Below are positions 1-8,911 of a DNA stretch of 46,048 bases, piece by piece. Positions within the stretch are counted from its first letter, which is position 1. Each line of letters begins with the position of its first letter. The stretch covers positions 1-46,048 of the forward strand of contig CANQLM010000001.1 of the NCBI GenBank assembly GCA_947624735.1, given 5' to 3'. The notes beneath the pieces are model-generated. The model did no database searches, was not told the DNA's origin, and saw only the letters and a program-made list of their open reading frames with translations. This stretch comes from an uncultured Clostridia bacterium (lineage in GTDB: Bacteria > Bacillota > Clostridia > TANB77 > CAG-508). Position numbers and translations under genes: made by a program.

Positions 1-16
1 ACCAATTTATCAATAA

Positions 17-43
17 AAGCAGGATTTTTATCTCCTGCTTTTT
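17..43. terminator. Hairpin AAGCAGGA-N8-TCCTGCTT with flanking A and T runs; candidate bidirectional intrinsic terminator
   Basis: Perfect 8-bp stem at 17-24/33-40. T-run 39-43 on the + strand and A-run 15-18 upstream. It lies about 120 nt downstream of the minus-strand GH25 gene. Confidence 0.45.
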
Positions 44-164
44 GCCGTTTTAAGTGGCAAACTTGGGTTATAACACTTTTAGTCTTGAATTTCAAGGCTT
101 TGCCTTATTTTTGTTGACAATTTTTTGAATTTTACTTTCAAAATTTATCTAATTTATATAAATT

Positions 165-1376
165 CTACTTTTGCACATATAAAATATCTATATCAACATC
201 TCCATTAATTCCATCTATTCTTCCAGTATTGCACATTTGCCATAGAAAATATTTATTATCATAATCTGTTTTACTTGTATAATGAGCAAGCCATATATTT
301 TCAAATTCATCTGTATACCAAACTCTTTGAAGATAATTTTTGCTTCCATATAATGAACCTTTATATCCTCGTGATTCTAGAGTATTAATATAAGTATGCG
401 CTAGTTGATTAATATCATAAAAGCTCATATTACATTTTACGAAATCTGACCAACTTTCCCAATCAAATGCTATTGGTAAATCAACTTTTAATCCATCTAA
501 ATTGTCGGCTATGAAATTTGCTTGCTTTTCTGCTTCTTCCTTTGTTTTTGCATATGAATATAAATATATTCCAACATCTAAACCTGCTTCTTTTGCGCCT
601 TTAATATTTTTTGTAAAATATGGATCTAGAGCATTATCTTTTTCATAACCTTTCTGATATCCTAGTCTAATTATTGCAAATTCAGCTCCTGCTTCCTTTA
701 CCTTATTCCAATCTATATCTCCTTGCCATTGTGATACATCTATTCCAAGTTTAGTATCAGAATTTTTATATTTTTCTAAAGCATCTGCAAAATTTATTTT
801 TTTTACTCCTCCTTGTATTGTCCCTGAATTTGTACTTTCAACTACATTTAAAGTAAAATCTTGTGTTTCTTCATTTCCACTTTTGTCTTTTATACTATAT
901 GTTAAATTATATTTTCCAATTTTATTCAAATCATAGTCTCCTATTATTTTTCTTTCTGGTGTAGAATCTGCATTATCACCACTAAATATAAGGTCTACAA
1001 TATCCTTATTATAACCTTTTTTTACAGTCAAACTTCCACTCATATATATCATTGGTTTACTTGTATCTACAATATTTATTTGAAAAGATTTTGTTTTTTT
1101 CTTATTTCTTATGCTTTTATATTGAAATTCTACTGTTTTATTTCCTAATTCACCCGTATCAATTTTTTTATCTTCTGTAAGTTCTCCTTGCAAATTTTCT
1201 ATAAAATCTGATACTTTAACATTACTCCCAAATTCAACTGTTAAGTTGTCTTTAAATGTTACTGCTAGCTTATCTTCCTCTTTTTCCTTTTGTCTATCGA
1301 TAAAAAAATATACTCCACCTATTATAACTATAATTATAGCAATAATAATTATTATTATTAATATTTTCTTTTTCAT
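165..1376 (-). CDS. Membrane-anchored GH25 muramidase (lysozyme) with Ig-like/DUF5011-type middle domain
   Basis: 403-aa ORF with N-terminal hydrophobic anchor ILIIIIIIAIIIVIIGGVYFFI. Middle segment DTSKPMI...GKYNLTYSIKDKSGNE. C-terminal GH25 signature GIDVSQWQGDIDWNKVKEAGAEFAIIRLGY and IAFDWESW. Confidence 0.85.
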   Translation of the reverse strand: MKKKILIIIIIIAIIIVIIGGVYFFIDRQKEKEEDKLAVTFKDNLTVEFGSNVKVSDFIENLQGELTEDKKIDTGELGNKTVEFQYKSIRNKKKTKSFQINIVDTSKPMIYMSGSLTVKKGYNKDIVDLIFSGDNADSTPERKIIGDYDLNKIGKYNLTYSIKDKSGNEETQDFTLNVVESTNSGTIQGGVKKINFADALEKYKNSDTKLGIDVSQWQGDIDWNKVKEAGAEFAIIRLGYQKGYEKDNALDPYFTKNIKGAKEAGLDVGIYLYSYAKTKEEAEKQANFIADNLDGLKVDLPIAFDWESWSDFVKCNMSFYDINQLAHTYINTLESRGYKGSLYGSKNYLQRVWYTDEFENIWLAHYTSKTDYDNKYFLWQMCNTGRIDGINGDVDIDILYVQK

Positions 1377-1446
1377 CTTATAATTTATTAATTTCCTTTC
1401 TCCTTATATTTTGTTCATTACTATTTAATTTTATTTAAGAAATGTA

Positions 1447-1474
1447 TTGACTATTTACCACTTTATGTTATAAT
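1447..1474 (+). promoter_or_regulatory. Sigma-A type promoter: TTGACT, 16-nt spacer, extended -10 TGtTATAAT
   Basis: -35 TTGACT at 1447-1452. TG at 1466-1467. -10 TATAAT at 1469-1474. It sits about 45 nt upstream of the small ORF start. Confidence 0.55.
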
Positions 1475-1519
1475 TTAAACTACCGAATTTTTCTATACAA
1501 CTTAGGGAGGGATGATATT

Positions 1520-1624
1520 ATGAAGTTTTTTAAGTTTTTTATTGTATTTACTCTCATCTTAATGGTATTGCATAAAATCAAAAGACAACGCAAAAACTAT
1601 ATTCTCATCCATTCAAATAAGTAA
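1520..1624 (+). CDS. Unannotated 34-aa hydrophobic/basic small membrane peptide (MKFFKFFIVFTLILMVLHKIKRQRKNYILIHSNK)
   Basis: ATG at 1520 is preceded by the strong SD AGGGAGGG (1504-1511). TAA stop at 1622-1624. It has its own promoter (1447-1474) and a GC-rich terminator (1639-1667). It falls below the length cutoff of the ORF track. Confidence 0.55.
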   Translation: MKFFKFFIVFTLILMVLHKIKRQRKNYILIHSNK

Positions 1625-1638
1625 CTATAGTTGTATGT

Positions 1639-1667
1639 AGACGCCTATTTTTAGGCGTCTATTTTTT
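1639..1667 (+). terminator. Intrinsic terminator AGACGCCT-loop-AGGCGTCT followed by ATTTTTT
   Basis: 8-bp GC-rich stem at 1639-1646/1653-1660 plus T-run 1662-1667. It is 15 nt after the small-ORF stop. It also lies 9 nt downstream of the convergent GT1 gene, but no U-tract follows it on that strand. Confidence 0.7.
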
Positions 1668-1675
1668 ACATATAG

Positions 1676-2749
1676 TTAGTTGGAAATAATTTTTTCCAAT
1701 TGCTTAATAATTTCATTATTAAATTCACTTGGATTAAATGCTTTAACTTTAAAACCTTTTTCGATAAACTCTTTCATTCCTTTATATACGCCATCTTCAC
1801 TTTTTTCTACTACTATTCCATATTTATTTTCAATATCTTTTTTACTATCTGATACTTCAGTTGTAATTATTGGTTTTCCTAAAACTTTTGCTTCAATGAA
1901 AACTACTGGATATCCTTCAAATTCTGATGACATTAGTAATGCATCACTATTTTTTAAGTATGGATATGGATTAGTTTTTGGACCTAAAAATTGTATGTTT
2001 TTAATATTTTTTGCTAATTCCTTATATTGGTTAGTTGCTGTTCCTTTACCAACAAACACAACTCTAAATTTGTATCCTTCTTTATTAAGTCTTTTAGTTG
2101 CTTCTATAATTCTAGTAAGTTTTTTTTGTTTTTCATCATGCCTTCCAATATTTATAAATGTTGTTATATTTTCTTTTTGAAAATCTTCTACTTTTTCTTC
2201 TGATTTTTTTAATATACTTTCATAATTAATTAAGTTGTTACAAACTAGAGCTTTTTTTGAACATTCTGGGAACTGTGCTGTAAATATTCTCTTATCCATA
2301 TCTGATACAAAAACTATTTTTTTATAGTCATATACTTTTATATCTTTGAAAAATTTTCTATATTCAATTATGTCATTATCATAAAAATTCATATAATTAT
2401 TATGCACCCAAATTGCACAATTTTTACTAGCAGTTCTTGCTACAAATGATGCTGGAAAACTGTATGTAGCAAAGCATCCAGAAAAATCAAATTTATTTTT
2501 ATATTTTATTTTAAATGCTAATTGTTTAAAAAAGTTATTTATTTTTCTTGCAAGTAAATTTTTATTTTTGCTTGGTTTATATGTAATTACCGTTACTCCT
2601 TTTGGAACTTCCTGCATAAAAACGCCTTGTTTTTCTTCTAAGCAAAGCGTTATATCATATTTATTTACAAGCTCTTTAAGTAGAGTAATTAGTGCAGTTT
2701 CTATTCCTCCCACATCTAATGAATAAGCTGACAATAATATTTTTTTCAA
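1676..2749 (-). CDS. Glycosyltransferase family 1 (GT4-type, GT-B fold)
   Basis: 357-aa ORF with N-terminus MKKILLSAYSLDVGGIETAL and C-terminal EGYPVVFIEAKVLGKPIITT motif. The TTG start overlaps the rpiA TGA stop (ATTGA). GGAGG lies about 10 nt upstream. Confidence 0.8.
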   Translation of the reverse strand: MKKILLSAYSLDVGGIETALITLLKELVNKYDITLCLEEKQGVFMQEVPKGVTVITYKPSKNKNLLARKINNFFKQLAFKIKYKNKFDFSGCFATYSFPASFVARTASKNCAIWVHNNYMNFYDNDIIEYRKFFKDIKVYDYKKIVFVSDMDKRIFTAQFPECSKKALVCNNLINYESILKKSEEKVEDFQKENITTFINIGRHDEKQKKLTRIIEATKRLNKEGYKFRVVFVGKGTATNQYKELAKNIKNIQFLGPKTNPYPYLKNSDALLMSSEFEGYPVVFIEAKVLGKPIITTEVSDSKKDIENKYGIVVEKSEDGVYKGMKEFIEKGFKVKAFNPSEFNNEIIKQLEKIISN

Positions 2750-3387
2750 TTTTTTATGACCTCCACATTATATCCAATAAATAATCCTGATTCAATTACT
2801 CCTGTAATTTGTTTTATTTGTTTTTCTAGTTTTTCTGTGATGTTATTAAATTTAGCATGAATTATAGAATTGTTATTTTCGGTCATACCTTTAAATGTAG
2901 TTTCTACTGCACCAAGTTTTTTTAGTTCTTGGGAAACATAGTTAAGTGCACTTGGAAATACTTCAATTGGAATTGGATGATTCTCTCCTAATTTTTTTAC
3001 TAACTTAGTATTATCAACTAATATATAAGTTTTAGGAGAATTTAAAATATTTAGCTTTTCTTTAAACAATGCCTTTCCCATTCCTTTTATCATATTATTA
3101 TTTTCGTCAACTTCATCTGCTCCGTCAAAGCTCCAATCTATATTATTTTCTAATAGATTTCCTATTTCTATTCCATATTCTTTGCATACATCTTCAATAT
3201 ATTGTGATGTTGGAATAGCTTTAATCTTAATTTTCTTTTCTTTAACTTTTTTTCCTATTTCTATTGCAGTTAAATACGAGGTTGACCCCGAGCCAAACCC
3301 AATGGTTTGGCCGTTTTCAACCTTGTCTGTTATTATCTTTGCAAGAATTATCTTTTGTTCTTTGTTTGTTATTTCATTTATATCCAT
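2746..3387 (-). CDS. rpiA: Ribose-5-phosphate isomerase A
   Basis: 213 aa with RpiA motifs GFGSGSTS, FDGADEVD and KGMGKALFKEK. SD AAGGAAG lies 5 nt upstream of the ATG. Confidence 0.85.
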   Translation of the reverse strand: MDINEITNKEQKIILAKIITDKVENGQTIGFGSGSTSYLTAIEIGKKVKEKKIKIKAIPTSQYIEDVCKEYGIEIGNLLENNIDWSFDGADEVDENNNMIKGMGKALFKEKLNILNSPKTYILVDNTKLVKKLGENHPIPIEVFPSALNYVSQELKKLGAVETTFKGMTENNNSIIHAKFNNITEKLEKQIKQITGVIESGLFIGYNVEVIKN

Positions 3388-3403
3388 AAATGCTTCCTTT
3401 TAA

Positions 3404-5173
3404 TTAAAAATGTTTTCCACGTTTCTTTATATCATTTAAGTAGTCATCTTTGTTAAATTCTTCTTCTTTTTCTAATTTGTTTGCCTCTTCTTCCTTTATT
3501 TCTTGTTCCTTTTCTTGTTCTAATTTAGCCAATCTTTCTTCTGCAGATTCTCTAACTGTGCTTTCTTCTTTTTCTTCTTCTTCTTTAGTATAATCTTCTA
3601 CTGTTTCTTTATTTTCATCATCATAATCTGAATCGTTTGATTCATTAACACTTTCTTCATATTTTTGGTTTAATTTTTCTAATTTATCATCACTTAAATA
3701 GTGTTCATCATAATCATCGTCGTTTCTTTCTTCTAATTCTTCTATATCTTCGTGTATAGGATCAGAATTTTCTATTTTCTTTTTGTTGATTATTACTAAT
3801 ACAATTAATGAACCACCTAATAGAACTATTATTCCTATTATAACTCCCATTATAACAGCTGGTCTTTTTTCGTTACTTATTAAAGAATCATTGATTGAAT
3901 TTGAAGATGCAAGAACATCTATCTCTCTTTCTATTGTAAGCACATAATCAGTTTTTACATTTTCGTCAACAGGAGATACTAATGTTATTTTTATTGTATT
4001 TCTTCCTTCTTCTAATTCAATTTCTTTTTCTGGTAAATTACCATCTAAGTCTCTAGATATTTCTTCACCTTTTACAAATACTTTAATATCTTTGTCTTTT
4101 ACTTTTGATGTTACTAATTTTAAATTTACAGATTTAACATTAGATTTTACTTGTGCTTCATATTCATAAGTTTCTGAATTAAATTCATTGTCAAGTTTAA
4201 CTGTTTCACTTTCTTCATCTTCATCCTCACTTACGGTTGTAATTGTTAGTGAATCTAATTTTAATTCAGACTTATTTATTACTATAGGTTTTGTTAGCTT
4301 TACTTGATATGTTCTTACAGAACCGTTTTCAGCAGTACACCTTACTAATATTGTTCTGTCTCCCTCTTCTATTGCTATATTTCCTGTTCCAGATATACTT
4401 GCTTTATCATCTTCAGCAGTTGCTTTTACACTTACTGATGTTAAATCATCAAAGTTATAACTATCAGGGAATACTACTGTATAATTTTCTACATCTCTAT
4501 TAAATCCTGTTGTCTCTGTTTTTGTTTGTTTTAATTCTAAGTTTCTTACACCATCACTTATAGTTAATGAGCTTAAGTGATTGTTTGATGATTTAGGTGC
4601 CTCTTGTTGTGTTGGTTGTTCTTGTTGTGGTGGATCTTGTGGAACAGTTGTGTTTTCCCCTTCTTGTGGTGTATCTGGATTTTTTTCTTCTCCACCTCCG
4701 GTTTCTCCAGTTGTATTGTTATTTCCACCTTCTGTTGTGTTTCCTTCTTGTGTTTCATTATTATTAGATGGTGGCTCGGATTCTACTGTTTTTTCTTTTA
4801 TTTCTATTGTTTTTGGTGATAAATCATTAACTATATTATATTCATTATCTGTAAGTTCATCTGGTGTCGCAGTTATTGATACAGGGAAGCTATTAATATG
4901 CGCGGTAAATGTTACTGTGCTTTTTTCTCTTTCAACCCATTTTTGAGAATCACTTAAAGTAACTCCAACTCCAGTTAGCCTTACATTTCCTGTTAATCCA
5001 TTTGTAGTTATTGTTAAAGTAATGTCATCTCCAACACTTGCTTCTTGTACCTCTGATGTAAGGCTGAAACTATAATTAGCTGCATAAGATATAATAATCA
5101 TACCTTTTGAAATACTTATACATAATATTAATATTAAAATAATTTTAAATAAATTAGAAACTTTTTCTTTCAT
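3404..5173 (-). CDS. Type I membrane surface protein (anchor, copy A): signal peptide, N-terminal beta-sandwich module, low-complexity linker, cadherin-like beta-sandwich repeats, TM helix, about 150-aa acidic cytoplasmic tail
   Basis: 589 aa. Signal peptide LILILCISISKGMIIISYA. Linker is P/Q/N/T/E-rich. Cadherin-like (PF12733-type) pattern NNHLSSLTISDGVRNLELK...NYTVVFP. TM helix AVIMGVIIGIIVLLGGSLIVLVII is followed by an E/D/K-rich tail. The ATG directly abuts the TAA stop of the upstream hydrolase (TAAATG). Confidence 0.7.
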   Translation of the reverse strand: MKEKVSNLFKIILILILCISISKGMIIISYAANYSFSLTSEVQEASVGDDITLTITTNGLTGNVRLTGVGVTLSDSQKWVEREKSTVTFTAHINSFPVSITATPDELTDNEYNIVNDLSPKTIEIKEKTVESEPPSNNNETQEGNTTEGGNNNTTGETGGGEEKNPDTPQEGENTTVPQDPPQQEQPTQQEAPKSSNNHLSSLTISDGVRNLELKQTKTETTGFNRDVENYTVVFPDSYNFDDLTSVSVKATAEDDKASISGTGNIAIEEGDRTILVRCTAENGSVRTYQVKLTKPIVINKSELKLDSLTITTVSEDEDEESETVKLDNEFNSETYEYEAQVKSNVKSVNLKLVTSKVKDKDIKVFVKGEEISRDLDGNLPEKEIELEEGRNTIKITLVSPVDENVKTDYVLTIEREIDVLASSNSINDSLISNEKRPAVIMGVIIGIIVLLGGSLIVLVIINKKKIENSDPIHEDIEELEERNDDDYDEHYLSDDKLEKLNQKYEESVNESNDSDYDDENKETVEDYTKEEEEKEESTVRESAEERLAKLEQEKEQEIKEEEANKLEKEEEFNKDDYLNDIKKRGKHF

Positions 5174-7288
5174 TTACATTTTCACTCCATACATAATATA
5201 ATCTTTTATTTTTAAATAATCATTTGCCTTTACAGAATTATCATTTGTTATATCTGAGGCCTCTAAATATTCATTATTTAAGTTTTTATTATAGCCCATA
5301 ATATAATCTTTTATAATTAAATAATCATTTGCCTTAATATAACCGTCTCCATTGCAGTCTCCCATTTTTACTACAGTATATGTTGCATCTCCTATTGTAA
5401 CTTTATATCCAGTTCCTACTGCTCCTTCTGTTAAAGTACTTCCATCTGGTTTTGTAATTGTTACTTCACCATATTTTTCTTTAAGAATTTCTGCAGTTAC
5501 ATCTGGCTCAGCAGTTATTTGTTGTTTTTCTTCATTCTTTTCTACTTCTTCAGCTTTTGGTAATTCCATTCCAAGTGGTACATTTCCATTTTTATCTCTT
5601 AAATAAGCTCTTGCTACATATCCTGTTGCTCCTGATGAAGTAGTTACTTTATCCCAGTAGAATCCATTTATTTGTGTAGTACCTGCTTCTATTCTTGTAA
5701 CTTTACTTCCATCTGCTAATAATCTTATTGCTGTACCATTTGGTTCAAAACGTAGGAATAATCCTCCTTCTGCTCTTATTGTAAATACATTATTAGATTC
5801 TGATTCTAATTGTAAATATTCACTTGATACAAAGCCTTGTTTACCATCTGATAACATTACTCTGTGCCATACTTTTCCGTCAAATTTGTATCTTTCTGAA
5901 TTATCAATTCTAGTCATTGTTTGACCATTTGCTAAAGTAGTTATTGTTTGTTCTCCTTGCCTTGGTCCAGCTTTTAATTCAACACCCTCTCCTGCAACAA
6001 TTACACTTTCGCTACAATTTGTTACATCATTTACTTCTTCTAAATAACTTGAATTAAAGTATACATATCCTTCTGTACCATCTTCTAATATAATTTTATG
6101 CCATCCATCGCCATATCTTTCCACAGATAGAACATTAATACTACTATCTTTTATTGTTGATATTTGTCTACTAGAGGTAGACCTTCCTTCTCTTATAATT
6201 ATTTGGCTATGTCCTTCTCTTACTCTTATATTTACAGGACCTACTTCTGACATTCTATCTGGTGATTCAGAAGTTCTTGCTGGCATATTAAGGAATACTG
6301 GTACTACTATTGTTAAGCTATGGTCAAGTATTCCTGAATCTTTTATTTTGTTATACATTAATGCAGATTCAGACTTTGGTGCTTCTACATTTTGCATATA
6401 TTGATGATATAATCCACCATAACTTTCAACGTCAAATTTATTTAAGTATATTGTATCCTGTTTTTGATTTATATAATCAGAAAATAATATTCTAATACTT
6501 CCTGCTATACATTTTTCTAAAGTATCCCAATTTTCCTTTTTTGCCTTAGCTAATGCATTAGCAACTATTGTAGAACTTCCATTTCCTGATGCTCCTATAT
6601 TAAATATATTGTAGTAATATTTATTATCAGCACTCATTCTATAAGTTGCACTTCCGCCTACTCCTTGTTCTTGTATGATTCTAGCAACCACATAAAAAGG
6701 ATTTGCATTATTTTCTTTTGAAACTTTATTTATTATTCTAGCATTTTCTTGTCCTTGACCATCTCTATCTAAAAATGTTCCTTTTATTGCATTATATATA
6801 TCTTCGTCCTTTGCATCTACTCCTCCTATTTGTAAAAATTGAAGTATAGATGAACCGTTCGGATCAAGCCAATTTCTAGGATCCATATAATATCTTAATG
6901 TAGCTTCTGAAGCATGATACCAAGAACCATTATCAAATGATTTTGTTCCACAAGATGAACAAACCCACGCTCCTGATTTTCCTTGAATTAGTGAATATGG
7001 ACTAGAACCCGTAAAAGCACTTTCTGCTACAATTACTTGATTCCAGTCTAAGCCTGTTTCCATTATTACTATATTCCAATTTGGCTTTGCTTCTTTTACT
7101 TTGTCTAGAATTTCTTTAAATCCCGGATATGTACTAGTATTTAGATTATTTCCGTCATATATGTACCTATTTGATGTTGCTTCTACCTCGCTTATGTTTG
7201 TAAATATTCCTAACATACTAAATATCATAACAATTAATAGTATTACAGATACTACTTTATTATGATTTTTTATAACTTTTAGTAACAT
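5174..7288 (-). CDS. Secreted peptidoglycan hydrolase, copy A: GH73-type N-acetylglucosaminidase + 3 SH3b-like repeats + C-terminal dockerin-like double EF-hand repeat
   Basis: 704 aa with a signal peptide. GH73-like core YYMDPRNWL...ARIIQEQG...YNIFNIGA...YLNKFDV...YMQN. Three repeats of SH3b type (GWHKI..DGTEGYV; KVWHRV..DGKQGFV; FYWDKV..GATGYV). C-terminus GDCNGDGYIKANDYLIIKDYIMG...DITNDNSVKANDYLKIKDYIM. SD GGAGG lies 7 nt upstream. Confidence 0.8.
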   Translation of the reverse strand: MLLKVIKNHNKVVSVILLIVMIFSMLGIFTNISEVEATSNRYIYDGNNLNTSTYPGFKEILDKVKEAKPNWNIVIMETGLDWNQVIVAESAFTGSSPYSLIQGKSGAWVCSSCGTKSFDNGSWYHASEATLRYYMDPRNWLDPNGSSILQFLQIGGVDAKDEDIYNAIKGTFLDRDGQGQENARIINKVSKENNANPFYVVARIIQEQGVGGSATYRMSADNKYYYNIFNIGASGNGSSTIVANALAKAKKENWDTLEKCIAGSIRILFSDYINQKQDTIYLNKFDVESYGGLYHQYMQNVEAPKSESALMYNKIKDSGILDHSLTIVVPVFLNMPARTSESPDRMSEVGPVNIRVREGHSQIIIREGRSTSSRQISTIKDSSINVLSVERYGDGWHKIILEDGTEGYVYFNSSYLEEVNDVTNCSESVIVAGEGVELKAGPRQGEQTITTLANGQTMTRIDNSERYKFDGKVWHRVMLSDGKQGFVSSEYLQLESESNNVFTIRAEGGLFLRFEPNGTAIRLLADGSKVTRIEAGTTQINGFYWDKVTTSSGATGYVARAYLRDKNGNVPLGMELPKAEEVEKNEEKQQITAEPDVTAEILKEKYGEVTITKPDGSTLTEGAVGTGYKVTIGDATYTVVKMGDCNGDGYIKANDYLIIKDYIMGYNKNLNNEYLEASDITNDNSVKANDYLKIKDYIMYGVKM

Positions 7289-7328
7289 TTTTTTCCTCCG
7301 TTTTTTGTCTTATTTTTTCCTATTTTGT

Positions 7329-7357
7329 ATTTTATCATTATGAGTATTTTAAGTCAA
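7329..7357 (-). promoter_or_regulatory. Promoter of the copy-A hydrolase/anchor operon: TTGACT, 17-nt spacer, TGaTAAAAT
   Basis: On the minus strand, -35 TTGACT is at 7357-7352 and the extended -10 TGATAAAAT ends at 7329. It is about 40 nt upstream of the ATG at 7288. Confidence 0.5.
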
Positions 7358-7437
7358 GTTGGAATTAATGGAAATTATCTATAAAAAAGTCAATTTTTAT
7401 AAAAGTATGACTTTTCAAATAGTAGTAATTATAATAA

Positions 7438-7470
7438 AAATCGTCATATTAATAATTAATATGACGATTT
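7438..7470. terminator. Long AT-rich hairpin AAATCGTCATATTAAT/ATTAATATGACGATTT flanked by A and T runs; terminator of the symporter gene
   Basis: Near-perfect 16-bp inverted repeat at 7438-7453/7455-7470. T-rich sequence flanks it on both strands. It is 116 nt downstream of the stop at 7586. Confidence 0.6.
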
Positions 7471-7585
7471 TATTTTACATTTTTGTTAAATTTATGTTTA
7501 TTTTTTTTATATATTTTAAAAACTTAATTATGTAAGTTTCTTTAATTTTTTAGTAAACCCTTTTATATCTTTTATTTCACCTTTA

Positions 7586-8848
7586 TTAGCTTTTATTACT
7601 TTTTGCTTTGTCAAGCCAATGTTTGCCATCCACTACTCTTGCTACCATCATTGAAGAAACTGTGTCTCCAACGACATTAAGCATTGTGGCTGCTGGGTCT
7701 ATAATAGTTGCTACCATTGTAAGTATTGGTAAAGCAGCTACTGGGAAGCCCATCATAGTTATTATTAACATTTCTGATATTGTTCCTCCACCAATTGGAA
7801 CTCCTGTAATTAAAAGGTTAGCTAGAAGTGCTACTCCAAGAACTTGTGCTATAGCTCCTGGTGTATTTATTGTTGTTCCAAATAAATAAACTAAAAACAT
7901 TATTTTAAATACTGAGCCTATTGCAGAACCATCTTTATGAAGGCTTGTTCCCATTGGTATTGTTGTATCTGCTATATCATTTGAAACACCTATCTTTTTT
8001 GCAGCTTCAACATTTACTGGGATTGATGCTGCACTAGAGCATGTTGCTAGTGATGTAAATGTTGGTGCTAATATATTTTTCCAAAATACAATAACTCCTT
8101 TTTTTCCTCCTGCTATAAATGCATATAATGTATACATTAAGAAATAGAATAAAAATGCTACCAATGTATATATTACAAATGTTTTTAAATATCCAAGTGC
8201 TATTGATGCTCCAAAACTTCCAACTAGTGATGCGAAATAACATCCTAATCCTATTGGTGCATAGTACATTATTATTTTTATAATATTTTGAACAACTTCA
8301 TTTGCTGAATTCAAAAACTCTAAAAATGCTTTTCCTTTTTCTCCTGCTTTTTGAACAGCTAATCCACATATTATTGAAAATACCAATATTGCTATTATGT
8401 TATCTCTTGATAACAATTTGCTAAAATCATCAACTGTAAGAAGTTGTACTGTTCTTTCTGCAATATTTAATTCTTCTTGTTCTGTTTCTTCTTCCGATTC
8501 TTCTAAAGATGCTCTAATTGCTTCACCATCTTCTACTTCTACTAATTTAGTAATCGAAGTACTTAAGAATCCTATTACTGTTGCAATTAAAGTTGTAACA
8601 ACAAATACAACAATTATAGTGACGATGATTTTTCCAAAACGTTTTGGATTTTGCATTTTAGCAATAGCAGTCGTGATATTTAAAAAGATAAGTGGAACTA
8701 TAACGACTAGTAAAAGATTAACAAAAATGTCACCTAAGGGTTTTAAAACAGTTGCTTTTTCTTGGAATATAATTCCTACAAGTGCACCAACGATAAGAGC
8801 AACTAAAAGAATTATCGTTGATTTGTAATTAGATAAAAATTTTTTCAT
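7586..8848 (-). CDS. Dicarboxylate/amino acid:cation symporter (DAACS family, GltP/SstT-like)
   Basis: 420 aa, polytopic. Family motifs CSSAASIPV, PMGTSLHKDGSAIG and NVVGDTVSSMMVA. SD AGAGG lies upstream. Confidence 0.85.
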   Translation of the reverse strand: MKKFLSNYKSTIILLVALIVGALVGIIFQEKATVLKPLGDIFVNLLLVVIVPLIFLNITTAIAKMQNPKRFGKIIVTIIVVFVVTTLIATVIGFLSTSITKLVEVEDGEAIRASLEESEEETEQEELNIAERTVQLLTVDDFSKLLSRDNIIAILVFSIICGLAVQKAGEKGKAFLEFLNSANEVVQNIIKIIMYYAPIGLGCYFASLVGSFGASIALGYLKTFVIYTLVAFLFYFLMYTLYAFIAGGKKGVIVFWKNILAPTFTSLATCSSAASIPVNVEAAKKIGVSNDIADTTIPMGTSLHKDGSAIGSVFKIMFLVYLFGTTINTPGAIAQVLGVALLANLLITGVPIGGGTISEMLIITMMGFPVAALPILTMVATIIDPAATMLNVVGDTVSSMMVARVVDGKHWLDKAKSNKS

Positions 8849-8880
8849 AATACTACCTCTTTATATTTAAGTGGTAACGA

Positions 8881-8896
8881 GAATATAATTATATTC
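8881..8896. promoter_or_regulatory. Perfect 16-bp palindrome GAATATAATTATATTC in the symporter leader (candidate operator or leader hairpin)
   Basis: Self-complementary 16-mer at 8881-8896, extended imperfectly to CGA.../...TCG. It lies between the predicted -10 (8912-8917) and the SD. Confidence 0.4.
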
Positions 8897-8911
8897 TTCG
8901 GATTTGTTAGT

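Noticed and set aside
94-112. Small hairpin AAGGC-TTT-GCCTT plus T-run between the first terminator and the GH25 gene; possible sRNA between 44 and 112
   Set aside because: The stem is 5 bp with a 3-nt loop, which is weak. No promoter is identifiable and the region is at the window edge.
1680-2180. 166-aa + strand ORF inside the GT1 gene. Similar + strand ORFs occur at 8397-8828, 19574-20005, 35160-35543 and 45573-45965
   Set aside because: These are antisense shadow ORFs, which are common in AT-rich DNA. Their products are hydrophobic or low-complexity, they lack SD sequences, and each is fully embedded in a gene with clear homology on the other strand.
4573-4946. Overlapping small ORFs (61 aa on the minus strand; 121 and 71 aa on the + strand) in the anchor-protein linker region
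   Set aside because: They are alternative-frame readings of the repetitive P/Q/N/T/E linker of the 589-aa protein, and nothing supports them independently.
5214-5227. The 14-mer AAATAATCATTTGC is shared between the dockerin KANDYL codons (also near 5320, 10497 and 10600) and the palindromic elements at 15697 and 20935
   Set aside because: This is probably chance similarity in AT-rich sequence. The match does not extend beyond the 14-mer and the contexts (coding versus intergenic hairpin) are unrelated. A genome-wide k-mer count would settle it.
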